From assembly GCF_009914755.1 (NCBI RefSeq), contig NC_060947.1: a stretch of DNA of 64,000 nt; one strand, 5' to 3'. Under the pieces are notes generated by a model. That model did no database searches. It was not told where the DNA came from and worked only from the letters and a program-made list of their open reading frames with translations. Below, one piece after another: positions 48,788 to 61,961 of the stretch (position 1 is its first letter; each line of letters opens with the position of its first letter). The DNA comes from the human T2T-CHM13v2.0 reference genome, Homo sapiens. Both the position numbers and the translations under genes were made by a program.

Positions 48788-50578
48788 TTCAGAAAAAAAA
48801 TCCCAGGCCACACACAGTGGTTCACACCTATAATCTCAGCATGTTGGAAGACTGAGGCAGGAGGATTGCTTGAGCCCAAGAGTTCAAGGCTAGCCTAGGC
48901 AACAAATTGAGAACCTGGAGAATGCTCTGTATGCACTTGAGAAGAATGTGATTAATAAGGAAACAGAGGACTTGAATGCTGCAGAACAACTGGACCTAGA
49001 AGACTTGTACAAAACACTCCAAGCAAAACAGCAGAATACACATCCTTCTAAAGGGCATACAGAACATTCTCCAGGGCAAATCACATATTAGGCCACAAAA
49101 CAAGTTTTAAAAAATGTAAGAAAGTATCTTTTCCAACTACAGTGAAATAAAACTAGAAATCAATAGCAGAAACACTGGAAAATCATAAACACGTGAAAAT
49201 TTAAAAACAGACTCCTGAACAAATAATAGGTCAAAGAGCAATACATAAGGGAAGGTAGAAAATACCTCATGACAAATGAAAACAAAAATGCATATTAAAA
49301 CCTATGGGATGCAGCAAAGGAAGTCCTAAGAAGGAAATTTATAATAGTATAAATTATATACAAAAAGAAGAAAAATCTCAAATTAACAACCTGACTTTAC
49401 ACCTCAAGGAATGAAAAAAAAAAAAAGAAGTAAATAAAATCAAAGTTAAAAGAAGGAAATAAGACACATTGGAGAAGAAATAAAAAGAAAGTAGAAAACA
49501 ATGAACACATCAATAAAACTGAGGGTTAGCTTTTTGAAAAGATCAACAAATTGACAAATACTTTTGAGATAGACTAATGAACAAAAGAAAAACACTCAAT
49601 AAAAACAGAAATGAAAGATGAGACATTGCAACTGATACCACAGAAATAAAAAGCATCAAAAGAGACTGCTATGAAACAATTGAACGATTATAGGCCAACA
49701 AATTAGAAAAAATGCAGAGATTCCTAATAACATATACCTACCAAGATTAAATATGAAGAAATTAAAAATCTGAACAAACCTATAATTGGTAACCAGATTG
49801 AATACATAATCAAAAACCTCCCAACAAAGAGAAACTCATGACCAGATGGCTTCACTGAAGACTTCTGCCAAACATTTAAAAAAGAATTAACACCAATCTT
49901 TCTCAAACTATTCCAAAAATTGAAGGGAATATTTCCAAATTTATTTTTATGAGGCCAGAATTATCCTGATATCAAACCCAGACAAAGATACTAAAAGAAA
50001 ACAACAGAGCATTATTGCTGATAAATATTGATTCAATAATCCTCAACAAAATACTACCGAATCAAATTCAGCAGCATTTTAAAAGGATTATATTCCATGA
50101 CCAAGTGGGATTTATTCCTGACATCTAAGGAAGATTTTATATATAAAAATCAACAACTGGGATACACCACATTAACAGAATGAAGGACAGAAAGCACATG
50201 ATCATCTCCATTGATGTAGAAAAGCATTTGACAAAATTTGACACACTTTCATAATAAAAACACTCAATAAACTAGTAATAAAAGGAAATTACCTCAACAT
50301 AATAAATGTCATATATAAAAAAATCAACAACAGCTAACATCATACTCAACATTAAAAAAAAAATTTACTCTAAGATCAGGAACCAGACAAGAATGCCTAC
50401 TCTGGCCAAATCTATTCAACATAGTACTGAATGTACTAGCCAGAGCTATTAAGCAAGAAAAATAAATAAAAGGCATTAAATTGGAAATGAAGAAGTAAAA
50501 TTATACCTGTTTGCAGATGACATGATCTTGTATGTACAAAACCCTAAAGATTCCACACACAAAAAACTGTTAGAATAA

Positions 50579-50875
50579 GGCTGGGCACAGTGGCTCATGC
50601 CTGTAATCCCAGCACTTTGGGAGGCTGAGGCAGGAGGATTGCTTGAGCCCAGGAGTTGAAGACCAGCCTAGGCAACATAGACAGCTTCATCTCTACAAAT
50701 AATTTAAAAATTAGACAGGCATGGTGACATACATCTGTGGTCCCAGCTGCTAAGGAGGCTCAGGTGAGAGGCCTGCTTGCACCTGGACAATTGAGGCTAA
50801 AATGAGCTGTGATCATGCCACTGCACTCCAGCCTGGGAAACAGAGTGGGATTCTGTCTTAAAAAAGAAAAAAAAA
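50579..50875 (+). mobile_element. AluJ
   Basis: gcttgagcccagg and gagctgtgatc J-type motifs. TSD tgttagaataa. Confidence 0.9.
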
Positions 50876-52591
50876 CTTGTTAGAATAAACAAATTCAGCA
50901 AAGTTGCGGAACATAAAATCAACATGCAGAAATAAGTTGTGTTTCTATACACTAACAACAAAAAATCTAAAAATTCTGCAACTCAAAATGAAACAAAATA
51001 AATATCTTGATTGAGAAATGAGCAAAGGACTTGTATAGACATTTCTCCAAAGAAGAAATGAAATGGCCAATAAACATATGAAAATATTTTCAACATCACT
51101 AATCATTAAGTAAAAGCAAATCAAGACCACAATGAGATACCATTTTATACTCATTATTAGGATGGCTATTTAAAAAATAGAAAACAAGTGTGGGCAAGGT
51201 TGTACATAAATTAAAACCCTGTGTGGTGTTTGGTGGGAATGGTGTAGCTCTATGGAACACAGTATGGAGTCCCCTTTAAAAATTAAAATAGAATTACCAT
51301 ATAATCCAGCAATCCCATGTCTGAGTATATACGTAACAGGATTGGAAACTGGATCTCAAGGAGATATTTGCACATCATTGTTTGATGTAGCATTATTTAT
51401 AACAGCCAAAGAGTCAATGCCCATCAAAAAATGACTGAATAAAGAAAATGTGTTATACGCATAAAATGAAATATTATTCATCTTTAAAAGAGAAGGAAAT
51501 CCTGCAATATACAACATGGATGAACCTTGAGAACATTATGATGAGTGAAATAAACCATTCACATGAAGATAAATACTGCATGATTTCATTTGTATAAGGA
51601 ATCTAAGGTTGTCAAACTCTCAGAAACAGAATGTAGACTCGTGGTTGCCAGGGGTTGGGTGGCGAGGGGGTGAAGGGAATAGTTCAAACACTATAGAGTT
51701 TCAGGTTTTCAAGATGAAGAAATTTCAGAAGTCTGTCACACAACAATGTGCATATAGTTAACCCTAATGTACTTTACAGTTAAAAAGAGTTAAAATGGTA
51801 CATTTTACGTCGATGTTTTACCACAGTTAAAAGTTATGGCACTGATATAGTTCCTGATATGAAAATAAGTTAAAAGTACAAACCATAAATAGCATAAGTG
51901 GAATAATCTCACTTTTTAACAAAGCAGGTAGGTAGTAGGTATAGAATACAGCATAGACATAAGAGGGAGAGAGAGAGGTGCTATGTCTTTGTAGTGGTTA
52001 ATGTATCTCCATTAGCCCTTTATTCACAAGCTCTTTCCACACATATAAACAACACTCAAGTCTCCTTTTCATTTTTTTAAATTCTCAAATTCATGATCCC
52101 CAATGAATTATCCTGTCTCTCTCCTTTTCCTCAAAAAAAGCCGAGCTTCTAGAAAAAGTAATATATATTCACGTTCAGCACCCCATCGTCTCTCATTGAC
52201 TTTTTGGTGATGTAGTTTCCGTGTCCTCCACCCTACAGAAACAAGTCTTTCCTCAGGCAACCCTTCTGAATCCCTGACACTGATAATTCTGCTTATTCTG
52301 CTTGTGTTACTCTCGTCTCCGCTGGTTTTCCTTCATTCCTCTTTAAGTCACACCATTTCAGTTGCCTTTCAAAGTGTGCTTTTTAAACGCCTCCATCTTG
52401 AATGTTGGTGTTTCCCAGGGCTCTATCCTTGACCATTGAGAAGACACTTGGCATTTTTATGGCTAATCTTTCTCCCCTATGATTTGAACCTAGCCAGTTT
52501 CCCAGTATATATTCTGAAAATGCAAGAAGCTTGCTTCCCTAAGGTCCCTGGAAGCCAAGTCATGATCACATAATCTGGGCTCTGGCGATCA

Positions 52592-53070
52592 TGGTATCAA
52601 TTGGAAACTCTGCTGAGTATTCCCATTTACCCTTCTGGATCCACTTTCCAGCCTTTTCTACCCTGCTGTGTGCCCAGAAAACTAACTTTCAGACACCACA
52701 TCCCCTGGAACTCCTTTGCCAGTTGCCTCCTCATTGCATTTGGCCAGTAAGAAACACTGGCAGGAGATCAGAGGCCAAAGGAGAATGAGGTTGAGGTATC
52801 TATTCCTCTACTTCTTCCTTTCTGTGATGGCTGCATTCCTGTATGTAAGGCCACAGCCCCTCTCCTTTAGCACTAGATCTTGTTAGACTCCTATAATTGC
52901 TCGCTTGCTTGCCCCTTCAGACCTAGGGGTGATAAAGACTTATCCCTCTTTTTATCTCCTATATGGTCATCATCTCTTCTTATTCCTTCGAAAATAATCC
53001 TTTCTTAAAACTCTCTTTGACAGCCACTTGGAGCCCACCATCTATTTCCTGTCTGAACCCTTTCTGATAA
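52592..53070 (+). mobile_element. LTR16-like ERVL LTR
   Basis: ttctaccctgctgtgtgccc..tttggccagt..cactggcaggagatcagagg..ccatctatttcctg. Confidence 0.6.
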
Positions 53071-53592
53071 AGAAAGTAGTAACAGAATGAAGCAGGAACC
53101 TTGCTAAATCCATCCTAGTAAAAAAAAATTGGTTTATGGTTGGTAGAGTCTTTGATACTAGCAGCAATGGGTTCTGCAGCAAGCTAGCCATCTGGCATAA
53201 TTTGGGAAACTTATCTTGGCTATGTAACCTCCACACTTAATCCTCCTGCCCTCCTGGAAATTATGGTAAATCAGCCAGAGCTTCATATCAAATTCTATTT
53301 CTTGGAATTAAAACTCTGACTGATATAGCCTTCTTCTTTCCTCTAATGATAGTTTTTATTCATCTCTCTCTTTCATTCATTAATCTCTTTCATTCCCTTC
53401 CTTCATTTTGTCCTTCCTCCCTCCCTTCCTCTATTTACTTTAATTGAAGTCTATGCACTTATAGCTCCTAAATACTTTTCTCTACTCCAAATTTCCGGAC
53501 CTCCAATACTATCGAGTAAGCTCCCTACTAGACATCACCATATTTCCATGTAAGTACCACATAAGCTCCTTAAATCCAATATTTAAAACCCT

Positions 53593-53623
53593 TTTTTTAT
53601 TATACTTTAAGTTCTAGGGTACA
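53593..53623 (-). mobile_element. Minimal L1PA insertion (last ~31 nt including A-tail)
   Basis: Reverse complement tgtaccctagaacttaaagtataataaaaaa, flanked by taaaaccct at 53584-53592 and 53624-53632. Confidence 0.85.
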
Positions 53624-53782
53624 TAAAACCCTGTCTTATTATTTCCTACCCTAACTCTCTTCCTCTTCAGCCACGTAACCTACTACTTTGCCTCATCTGC
53701 ATGGACAATTACACTATCTAATTATTTATCTGAATGAGAAACCCCTAGTTTTCCTAGACTCTTCTATTTCATATGGCCTGAT

Positions 53783-56700
53783 TGTTTTTCCCAGGTTTGT
53801 CAGAGATCAGATGGTTGTAGATGTGTGGCATTATTTCTGAGGCTTCTGTTCTGTTCCATTGGTCTATATATCTGTTTTGGTACCAGTACCATGCTGTTTT
53901 GGTTACTGTAGCCTTGTAGCATACCTTAAAGTCAGGTAGCGTGATGCCTCCAGCTTTGTTATTTTTGTTTAGAATTGCCTTGGCAATATGGGCTCTTTTT
54001 TGGTTCCATATGAAATTTAAAGCAGTTTTTTTCTAATTCTGTGAAGAAAGTCAATGGTAGCTTAATGGGGATAGCACTGAATCTATAAATTACTTTTGGC
54101 AGTGTGGCCATTTTCATGATATTGATTCTTCCTATCCATGAGCATGGAATGTTTTTCCATTTGTTTGTGTCCTCTCTTATTTCCTTGAGAAGTGGTTTGT
54201 AGTTCTCCTTAAAGAGGTCCTTCGCATCCCTTGTAAGTTTTATTCCTAGGTATTTTATTCTTTTTGTAGCAGTTGTGAATGGGAGTTCACTCATGATTTG
54301 GCTCTCTGTTTGTCTATTATTGGTGTATAGGAATACTTGTGATTTTTGCACATTGATTTTGTATCCTGAGACTTTGCTGAAGTTGCTTATCAGCTTAAGG
54401 AGATTTGTGGCTGAGATGATGTGGTTTTCTAAATATACAATCATGTCATCTGCAAACAGAGACAATTTGACTTTCTCTCTTCCTATCTAAATACCCTTTA
54501 TTTCTTTCTATTGCCTGATTGCCCTGGCCAAAACTTCCAATACTGTTGAATAGGAGTGGTGAAAGAGGGCATCCTTGTCTTGTGCCAGTTTTCAAAGGGA
54601 ATGCTTCCAGTTTTTGCCCATTGAGTATGATATTGGCTGTGGGTTTGTCATAAATAGCTCTTATTATTTTGAGATAGGTTTCATCAATACCTAGTTTATT
54701 GAGAGTTTTAAGCATGAAGGGGTGTTGAATTTTATCAAAGGCCTTTTCTGCATCTATTGAGATAATCATGTGGTTTTTGTTATTGATTCTGTTTATGTGA
54801 TGGATTACATTTATTGATTTGCATATGTTGAACCAGACTTACATCCAGGGATGAAGCTGACTTCGTCGTGGTGGATACGCTTTTTGATGCACTGCTGGAT
54901 TTTATTGAGGATTTTTGCATCAATGTTCATCAGGGATAGTGGCCTGAAATTTTCTTTTTTCTTTTTTTTTGTTTTTTTTTTTGTTGTTGTTGTTGTGGTG
55001 GCGGTGGTGGTGGTGGTGTCTCTGCCAGGTTTTGATATCAAAATGATGCTGGCCTCATAAAATGAGTTAGTTAGGTGTCCCTCTTTTTCCATTGTTTGGA
55101 ATAGTTTCATAAGGAATGGTACCAGCTCCTCTTTGTACCTCTGGTAGAATTCAGCTGTGAATCCGTCTGGTCCTGGGCTTTTTTTTAGTTGATAGGCTAT
55201 TAATCACTGCCTCAATTTCAGAACTTGTTATTGGTCTATTCAGGGATTCGACTTCTTCCTGGTTTAGTCTTGGGAGGGTGTATGTGTCAAGGAATTTATC
55301 CATTTCTTCTAGATTTTCTAGTTTATTTGTGTAGAGGTGTTTGTAGTATTCTCTGATGGTAGTTTGTATTTCTGTGGGATCGGTGGTGATATCCCCTTTA
55401 TCATTTTTTACTGTGTCTATTTCATTCTTCTCTCTTTTCTTCTTTATTAATCTGGCTATCCGTCTATCTATTTTGTTGATCTTTTCAAAAAACCAGCTCC
55501 TGGATTCATTGATTTTCTTAAGGGTTTTTTTGTGTCTCTATCTCCATCAGTTCTGCTCTGGTCTTAGTTATTTCTTGTCTTCTGCTAGCTTTTGAATTTG
55601 TTTGCTCTTCCTTCTCTAGTTCTTCTAATTGTGATCTTAGGGTGCCGATTTTAGATCTTTCCCGCTTTCTCCTGTGGGCATTTAGTGCTATAGATTTCCC
55701 TCTAAAACTGCTTTAGCTGTGTCCCAGAGATTCTGGTAAGTTGTGTCTTTGTTCTCATTGGTTTCAAAGAACTTCTTTATTTCTGCCTTAATTTCATTCT
55801 TTACCCAGTAGTCATTCAGGAGCAAGTTGTTCAGTTTCCATGTAGTTGTGTGGTTTTGAGTGAGTTTCTTAATCCTGAGTTCTAATTTGATTGCACTATG
55901 GTCTGAGAGACTATTATGATTTCCATTCTTTTGCATTTGCTGAGGAGTGTTTTACTTCCAATTATGTGGTCAATTTTAGAATAAGTGCAATGTGGTGCTG
56001 AAAAGAATGTATATTCTGTTGATTTGGGGTGGAGAGTTCTGTAGATGTCTCTTAGATCCACTTGGCCCAGAGCTAAGTTCAAGTCCTGAATATCCTTGTT
56101 AATTTTCTGTCTCGTCGATCTGTCTAATATTGACAGTGAGGTGTTAAAGTCTCCCACTATTATTGTGTGGGGGTCTAAGTCTCTTTTTAGGTCTCTTAAT
56201 AACCTGCTGTATGAATCTGTGTGCTCCTGTATTGCGTGCATATATATTTAGGATAGTTACCTCTTCCTGTTGCATTGATCCCTTTACCATTATGTAATAC
56301 CCTTCTTTGTCTTTTTTTTTTTTATCAGTGTTGGCTTAAAGTCTGTTTTATCAGAGACTAGGATAGCAACCTCTGCTTTTTTTTTTTTTTTTTTTTTTGC
56401 TTTCCATTTACTTGGTAAATATTCCACCATCCCTTTATTTTGAGCCTGTGTGTGTCTTTGCACGTGAGATGTGTTTCCTGAATACAGCACACCAATGGGT
56501 CTTGACTCTTTATTCAATTTGCCAGTCTGTGTCTTTTAATTGGGGCATTTAGCCCATTTACATTTAAAGTTAATGTTATTATGTATAAATTTGATCCTGT
56601 CATTATGATGTTAGCTGGTTATTTTGCCTGCTAGTTGATGCATTTCTTCATAGTGTCAATGATCTTTCCAATTTGGTATGTTTTTGCTGTGTCTGGTACT

Positions 56701-58925
56701 GGTTTTTCCTTTCCAGATTTAGTGCTTCCTTCAGAAGCTCTTGTAAGGCAGGCCTGGTGTTGACAAAATCTCTCAGAATTTGCTTGTCTGTAAAGGATTT
56801 TCTTTCTCCTTTGCTTATGAAGCTTAGTTTGGCTGGATATGAAATTCTGGGTTGAAAATTCTTTTCTTTCAGAAGGTTGAATATTGGCCCCCACTCTCTT
56901 CTGGCTTTGTAGAGTTTCTGCAGAGATCTTCTGTTAGTCTGATTGGCTTCCCTTTGTGGGTAACCCGACCTTTCTCTCTGCCTGCCCTTAACATTTTTTC
57001 CTTCATTTCAACTTTGATGAATCTGATGGTTATGTGTCTTGGAGTTGCTCTTCTGGAGGAGTATCACTGTGGTGTTCTCTGTATTTCCTGAATGTAAATG
57101 TTGGCGTGTCTTGCTAGACTGGGGAAGTTCTCCCGAATAATATCCTGAAGAGCGCTTTCCAACTTGGTTCCATTCTCCCCATCTTGTCTTCACACTTTAT
57201 TTCATTAAGTTGATATTCAATCTCTGATATCCTTTCTTCCGCTTGATCGATTCATCTATTGATACTTGTGTATACTTCATGAAGTTCTTGTGCTGTGTTT
57301 TTCAGCTCCATCAGGTCATTTATGTTCTCTAAACTGGTTATTCCAGTTAGTACTTCGTCTAATCTTTTTTCAAGGTTCTTAGCTTCCTTGCATTGGGTTA
57401 GAACATGCTCCTTTAGCTCAGAGGAGTTTGTTATTACCCATCTTCCAAAGCCTACTTCTGTCAATTTGTCAAACTCATTCTCCATCCAGTTTTGATCCCT
57501 TGCTGGTAAGGAGCTGTGATCCTTTGGAAAAGAGGTTTTTGGAATTTTCAGCCTTTTTGCCTTGGTTTTTCCTCATCTTATTGGATTTATCTACCTTTGG
57601 TCTTTGATGTTGGTGACTTTTGAATGGGGTTTTTGAGTGGACATCCTTTTTGTTGATTTTGATACTATTCCTTTCTGTTTGTTAGTTTTCCTTCTAACAG
57701 TTAGGCCCCTCTGGTGCGGGTCTGCTGGAGTTTGCTGGAGGTCCACTCCAGACCCTGTTTGCCTGGGTATCACCAGCGGAGGCTGCAGAACAGCAAAGAT
57801 TGCTGCCAGTTCCTTCCTCTGGGAGCTACGTTCCAGAGGGGCACCCACCACATGCCAGCCAGAGCTCTGTGTGAGGTGTCTGTTGACCCCTGCTGGGAGG
57901 TTCTCCCAGTCAGGAGGCACAGGGTTCAGGGACCCCCTTGAGGAGGCAGTCTATCTCTTAGTAGAGCTCAAGCGCTGTGCTAGGAGATCCACTGCTCTCT
58001 TCAGAGCCGGCAGGCAGGAATGTTTAATTCTGCTGAAGCTGCACCCACAGCTGCCCCTTCCCACAGGTGCTCTGCCAAGGGAGATGGGAGTTTTATCTAT
58101 AAGCCCCTGACTGGGGCTGCTGCCTTTGTTTCAGAGATGCCCTGCCCAGAGAGGAGGAATATAGAGAGGCAGTCTGGCTACAGTGGTTTTGCCAAGCTGT
58201 GGTGGGCTCCACCCAGTTCGAACTTCCAGGCGGCTTTGTTTACAATCTGAGGGGAAAACTGCCTACTCAAGCCTCACTAATGGTGGACATGCCTCCTCCC
58301 ACCAAGCTCGAGCATCCCAGGTCGACTACAGACTATAGACTGCTGGGCTGGCAGTGAGAATTTCAAGCCAGTAGATCTTAGCTTGCTGGGCTCTGTGGAG
58401 GTGGAATCCACTTAGCTAGACCACTTGGCTCCCTGGCTTCAGCACCCTTTCCAGGGCAGTAAATGGCTCTGTCTTGCTGACATTCCAGGCGCCACTGGGG
58501 TATGAAAAAAAAAAAAAACTCCTGCAGCTAGCTTGGTGTCTGCCCAAAAAGACGCCCACTTTTGTGCTTGAAACCCATGGCCCTGGTAGTGTAGGCACCT
58601 GAGGGAATCTCCTGGTCTGCAGGTTGTGAAGACCATGGGAAAAGCATAGTATCTGGGTGGGAATGCACCGTTCCACGAGATACAGTCCCTCACGGCTTCC
58701 GTTGGCTAGGGGAGGGAGTTCCTCAACCCTTTGCACTTCCCAGGTGATGCGATGCCCCACCCTGCTTCGGCTCACCCTCCGTGGGCTGCACCTACTGTCT
58801 AACCAGCCCCAATGAGATGAGCCAGGTACCTCAGTTGGAAATGCAGAAATCACTCGCCTTCTGCGTTGGTCTCGCTGGGAGCTGCAGACCGGAGCTGTTC
58901 CCATTCAGCCATCTTCCCAGCCACC
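53783..58925 (-). mobile_element. LINE-1 'C', L1PA7/8-like, 5' intact, 3' ~1.2 kb missing
   Basis: Long L1PA7-type 5'UTR (gggtatgaaaaa..ctcctgcagctag), broken ORF1, ORF2 from 56603 ending abruptly at 53783. No 3'UTR, tail or TSD. Confidence 0.92.
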
Positions 58926-59671
58926 ATTAATGTCTTACGTAAGGCTTTGCATGACCTAGCCTTCCTCACCTCTCCAGTCTCATTTGCTAGAAACATCATC
59001 CAAGGCTCAGCCAGATCACAAAAGGCTCAACATATCTTCCCCACCTTCATGCTACATATCATAGAGATACATTGTGTTTCCTCAATCTCAAATACCTATC
59101 GCCCAGTTAGATACTGTCTAACATCCAATTCTCCTTCAAGAGTCATATGTCATCTTCTCCTGACCACCCCCATCTTACAGATGGCCCATGTCTGTGTACC
59201 CCAGGAATTCTTCTATCATAGAATTTATGATAGAAGAATTTTCAGTTTACTTGTCTGTCTTCACATCTAGATTTTGAACACATTAAGAGAAGGCATAGTG
59301 TCTAAAACCCAGTAATATACTTCATAGATATTTGTCACATAAATTACATTTCTCAATCCAAGTTAAATTATAAAAACTCAAAAATGCCTGCTTTTGACAA
59401 TGGGAAAAAAGTGCCAAGCTACAACTGCTGCCTCTAAAGAGAGGCATAGAGAAAGGAGCAGAAGCAAAGTAGAACTAGCACACACTGAATGAAAACATGG
59501 TAGTAGCTCTAATGGGGAAGTTTGGGGCCCTGACAGACTATAGATAAAGCCATTTGGGAGCAGGGAAAATTTCTTGGAGCCACTTAAAGCAACATCTTTT
59601 ATATGGTCACTTGTGAGAGGTTAGCCCTGTCCTAAGGACAAATTTGATTTAATACTCCAAGGTTCACTTAT

Positions 59672-59971
59672 ATACAAGATCACTCCTCCACATCCAAAGA
59701 GGAGAAGGGTAAATCATCATCTGTGTCATCTCTGAAAAGAAAGGACAAGAATGTATTCTTACTGCTGGATGTTCCACTAACTTAAAGACCTTATGAGAAA
59801 TGTGGCATGCCTGTGTTTTTACGAGGTCAAATGGATGATCTCCAGTGACTAATGATGGTGTCAACTGGCTTCCAAAGATTTTTTATTTTGTGAAAAATGA
59901 TTCAAGCATGAGGTCCAAAAGATACCATAAGGATATTTCACCAACATACATTTTCCCAAAATACTGAACAC
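59672..59971 (-). pseudogene. Candidate decayed exon pair (59811-59971 and 59672-59731)
   Basis: Acceptors ctctatttaaAG and cctttcttttcAG. Donors are degenerate (GCATGC, ATAAGT). 79-nt intron. Several stops. Confidence 0.2.
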
Positions 59972-60239
59972 CTTTAAATAGAGTAGGATTTTGTTTTGCA
60001 AACGTTCCAACTGAATTCAAGCGAAAAATATTTATTCATTTATCTATCCAATTGGTGGACAAATAATTATCAAGTATAATTATCAAGTATTTCTTATGTA
60101 CTTTGATGATGCAGTATGAACTGTAGATATAAATGAATAAAATGCATTCCCTAACTTTAAGGAATTCATAGCCCAAACGGACAAGGTATATAAACAATAA
60201 CAGTATATAACAAATACAGTGGTGACATAAGCAAAGTGT

Positions 60240-61205
60240 TGTGGGGAATTGTTGGGCTGATAGTATTAACATTCAAAATATCAGCTGTTCCTCTCTAGGC
60301 ATGTATTATACTTCCTCATCCTGTTGACTAACGACATATGATTTATTGTAGGCAGTGAAATATGAGCAGAACTGACATGCAACGTTCTGAGCAAAGAGCC
60401 ATTGCTTGGTTTCACTATATTTCATTTTCCCTATGCCCATTGATCAGCAGCATCTCAAACAAAGCCTGCTCTGCAAGCCTGGGCCCAAGAGTAAAAATGA
60501 TTCAGAGGAAAGACACAGCAGACCTGAAATGGATATGTAACATACATGAGAAATAAACTTAAGTCTCTGAGATTTTGAAGCTGTGACGGTTAATATTAGG
60601 TGTTAACTTGACTGAATTGAAGGATGCCTACATAGCTGGTAAAATATTGTTTCTGGGCATGTCTGTGAGGGTGTTGCCAGAAGAGACTGACATTTGAGTC
60701 AGTGGACTGGGAGAGGAAGACCCACCATCAATGTGGGTGGCACCCTCCATTCGGCTGCCAGCACGGCTAGAACAAAGCAGGCAGAAGAAGGTGGGATAAG
60801 CTAGCTTGCTGAGTCTCCTGACTTTCATCTTCCTCCCGTGCTGGATGCTTCCTTCTGCCCTTGGACATCAGAATCCAGGGTCTTCAGCCTTTGGACTGTT
60901 GGACTTGCACCAGTGGTTTGCTGGGGGCTCTCAGGCCTTTGGCCACAGACCAAAATCTGCACTGTTGGGTTCCCTGCTTTTGAGGCTTTTGGATTCTGAC
61001 TGAGCCACTACTGGCCTCCCTCTTCCCCAGCTGTAGACAGCTTGTAGACAGCTTGTAGACACCTTGTGATCATGTGAGCCAGTTCTCCCTAGTAAACTCC
61101 CTTTCATATATACTTATATCTTATGAGTTCTGTCTCTCTGGAGAACCCTGACTAATACAGAAGCCATGTGCTACTGCAGTATAACCTAGCCCATACTGAC
61201 TGAAA
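60240..61205 (+). mobile_element. MLT1 LTR split by an MLT2 LTR
   Basis: atgagaaataaactt before and ctactgcagtataacctagcccatactgactga after the MLT2. Confidence 0.6.
60582..61159 (+). mobile_element. MLT2 (HERV-L) solo LTR
   Basis: Termini tgtgacggttaat and ggagaaccctgactaataca. 5-bp TSD gaagc. Confidence 0.92.
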
Positions 61206-61613
61206 TAGTTGTTATGAAGAAATTAATCTTGGGTGGGGTACAAGTTAAAGTTATAGAAGAAGTGACATATTGAGTTGGATCTTGAAGGCTGAGTAGGAGT
61301 AGTGAGGAAAGGGTTTTTAGGGCAGAGATTCTGGTGTGAGCAAAGATCTGGTGGTGTGGAAGTATATATCCTATTTAGACAAGTTACCCCCGACACAGGA
61401 TTATGAAATATATGCTAGTGTTACATACGAAAGACCCATTGGTCATGCCAAGAAAAATAAATTTTACCCTCCTGCTTAGGAGTCACAAAAAGGTTTTGAA
61501 GGATTCTGAGTTTAAAGTTTGTAGCCAAAATCATGTTGAAGGCAATTGAAAATAGAAAAGAAACATCTAAGACATCTAAAGGCCTTTATTCCCTCAAGTT
61601 TAGAACCCCTTAC

Positions 61614-61961
61614 ACTGAAAAGAGGTTAAATGATACACCCACAAAGTAGTGGAGGTTGAAATGGAGCCCAAACAGCCTGCAGGACACGTGACTCAGCTCA
61701 AAAGAGAATAACAATAGAGGGAAACAATAGTAAGTGGCTACTACTGTACCATTTCCAGAAAAAAAAGAGCCTCTGGGCGCATTGTGAGCTTTCAAAACAC
61801 TCTAGACTTGGCTCTGAGTGCAGACCAAAGGAAGAAAATAAAAACAAGGCAGAGGGACTTACAGGCACAGTAAAAAGAAGCTTGTGCTGTATGCCAGGCT
61901 TTAGTCTTGGTAATAATTCTTTCTTTTCTTGTTCTATTTTATTTCTTGATAAAAACTCATT
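61614..61961 (-). pseudogene. Candidate decayed exon pair (61863-61961 and 61614-61676)
   Basis: GTAAGT and GTAAGG donors, 186-nt intron, both phase 0-0. Reads NEFLSRNKIEQEKKELLPRLKPGIQHKLLFTVP | AVWAPFQPPLLCGCII*PLFS. Confidence 0.3.

Noticed and set aside
61033-61066. 11-bp unit gtagacagctt x3
   Set aside because: Simple slippage inside the MLT2 LTR.
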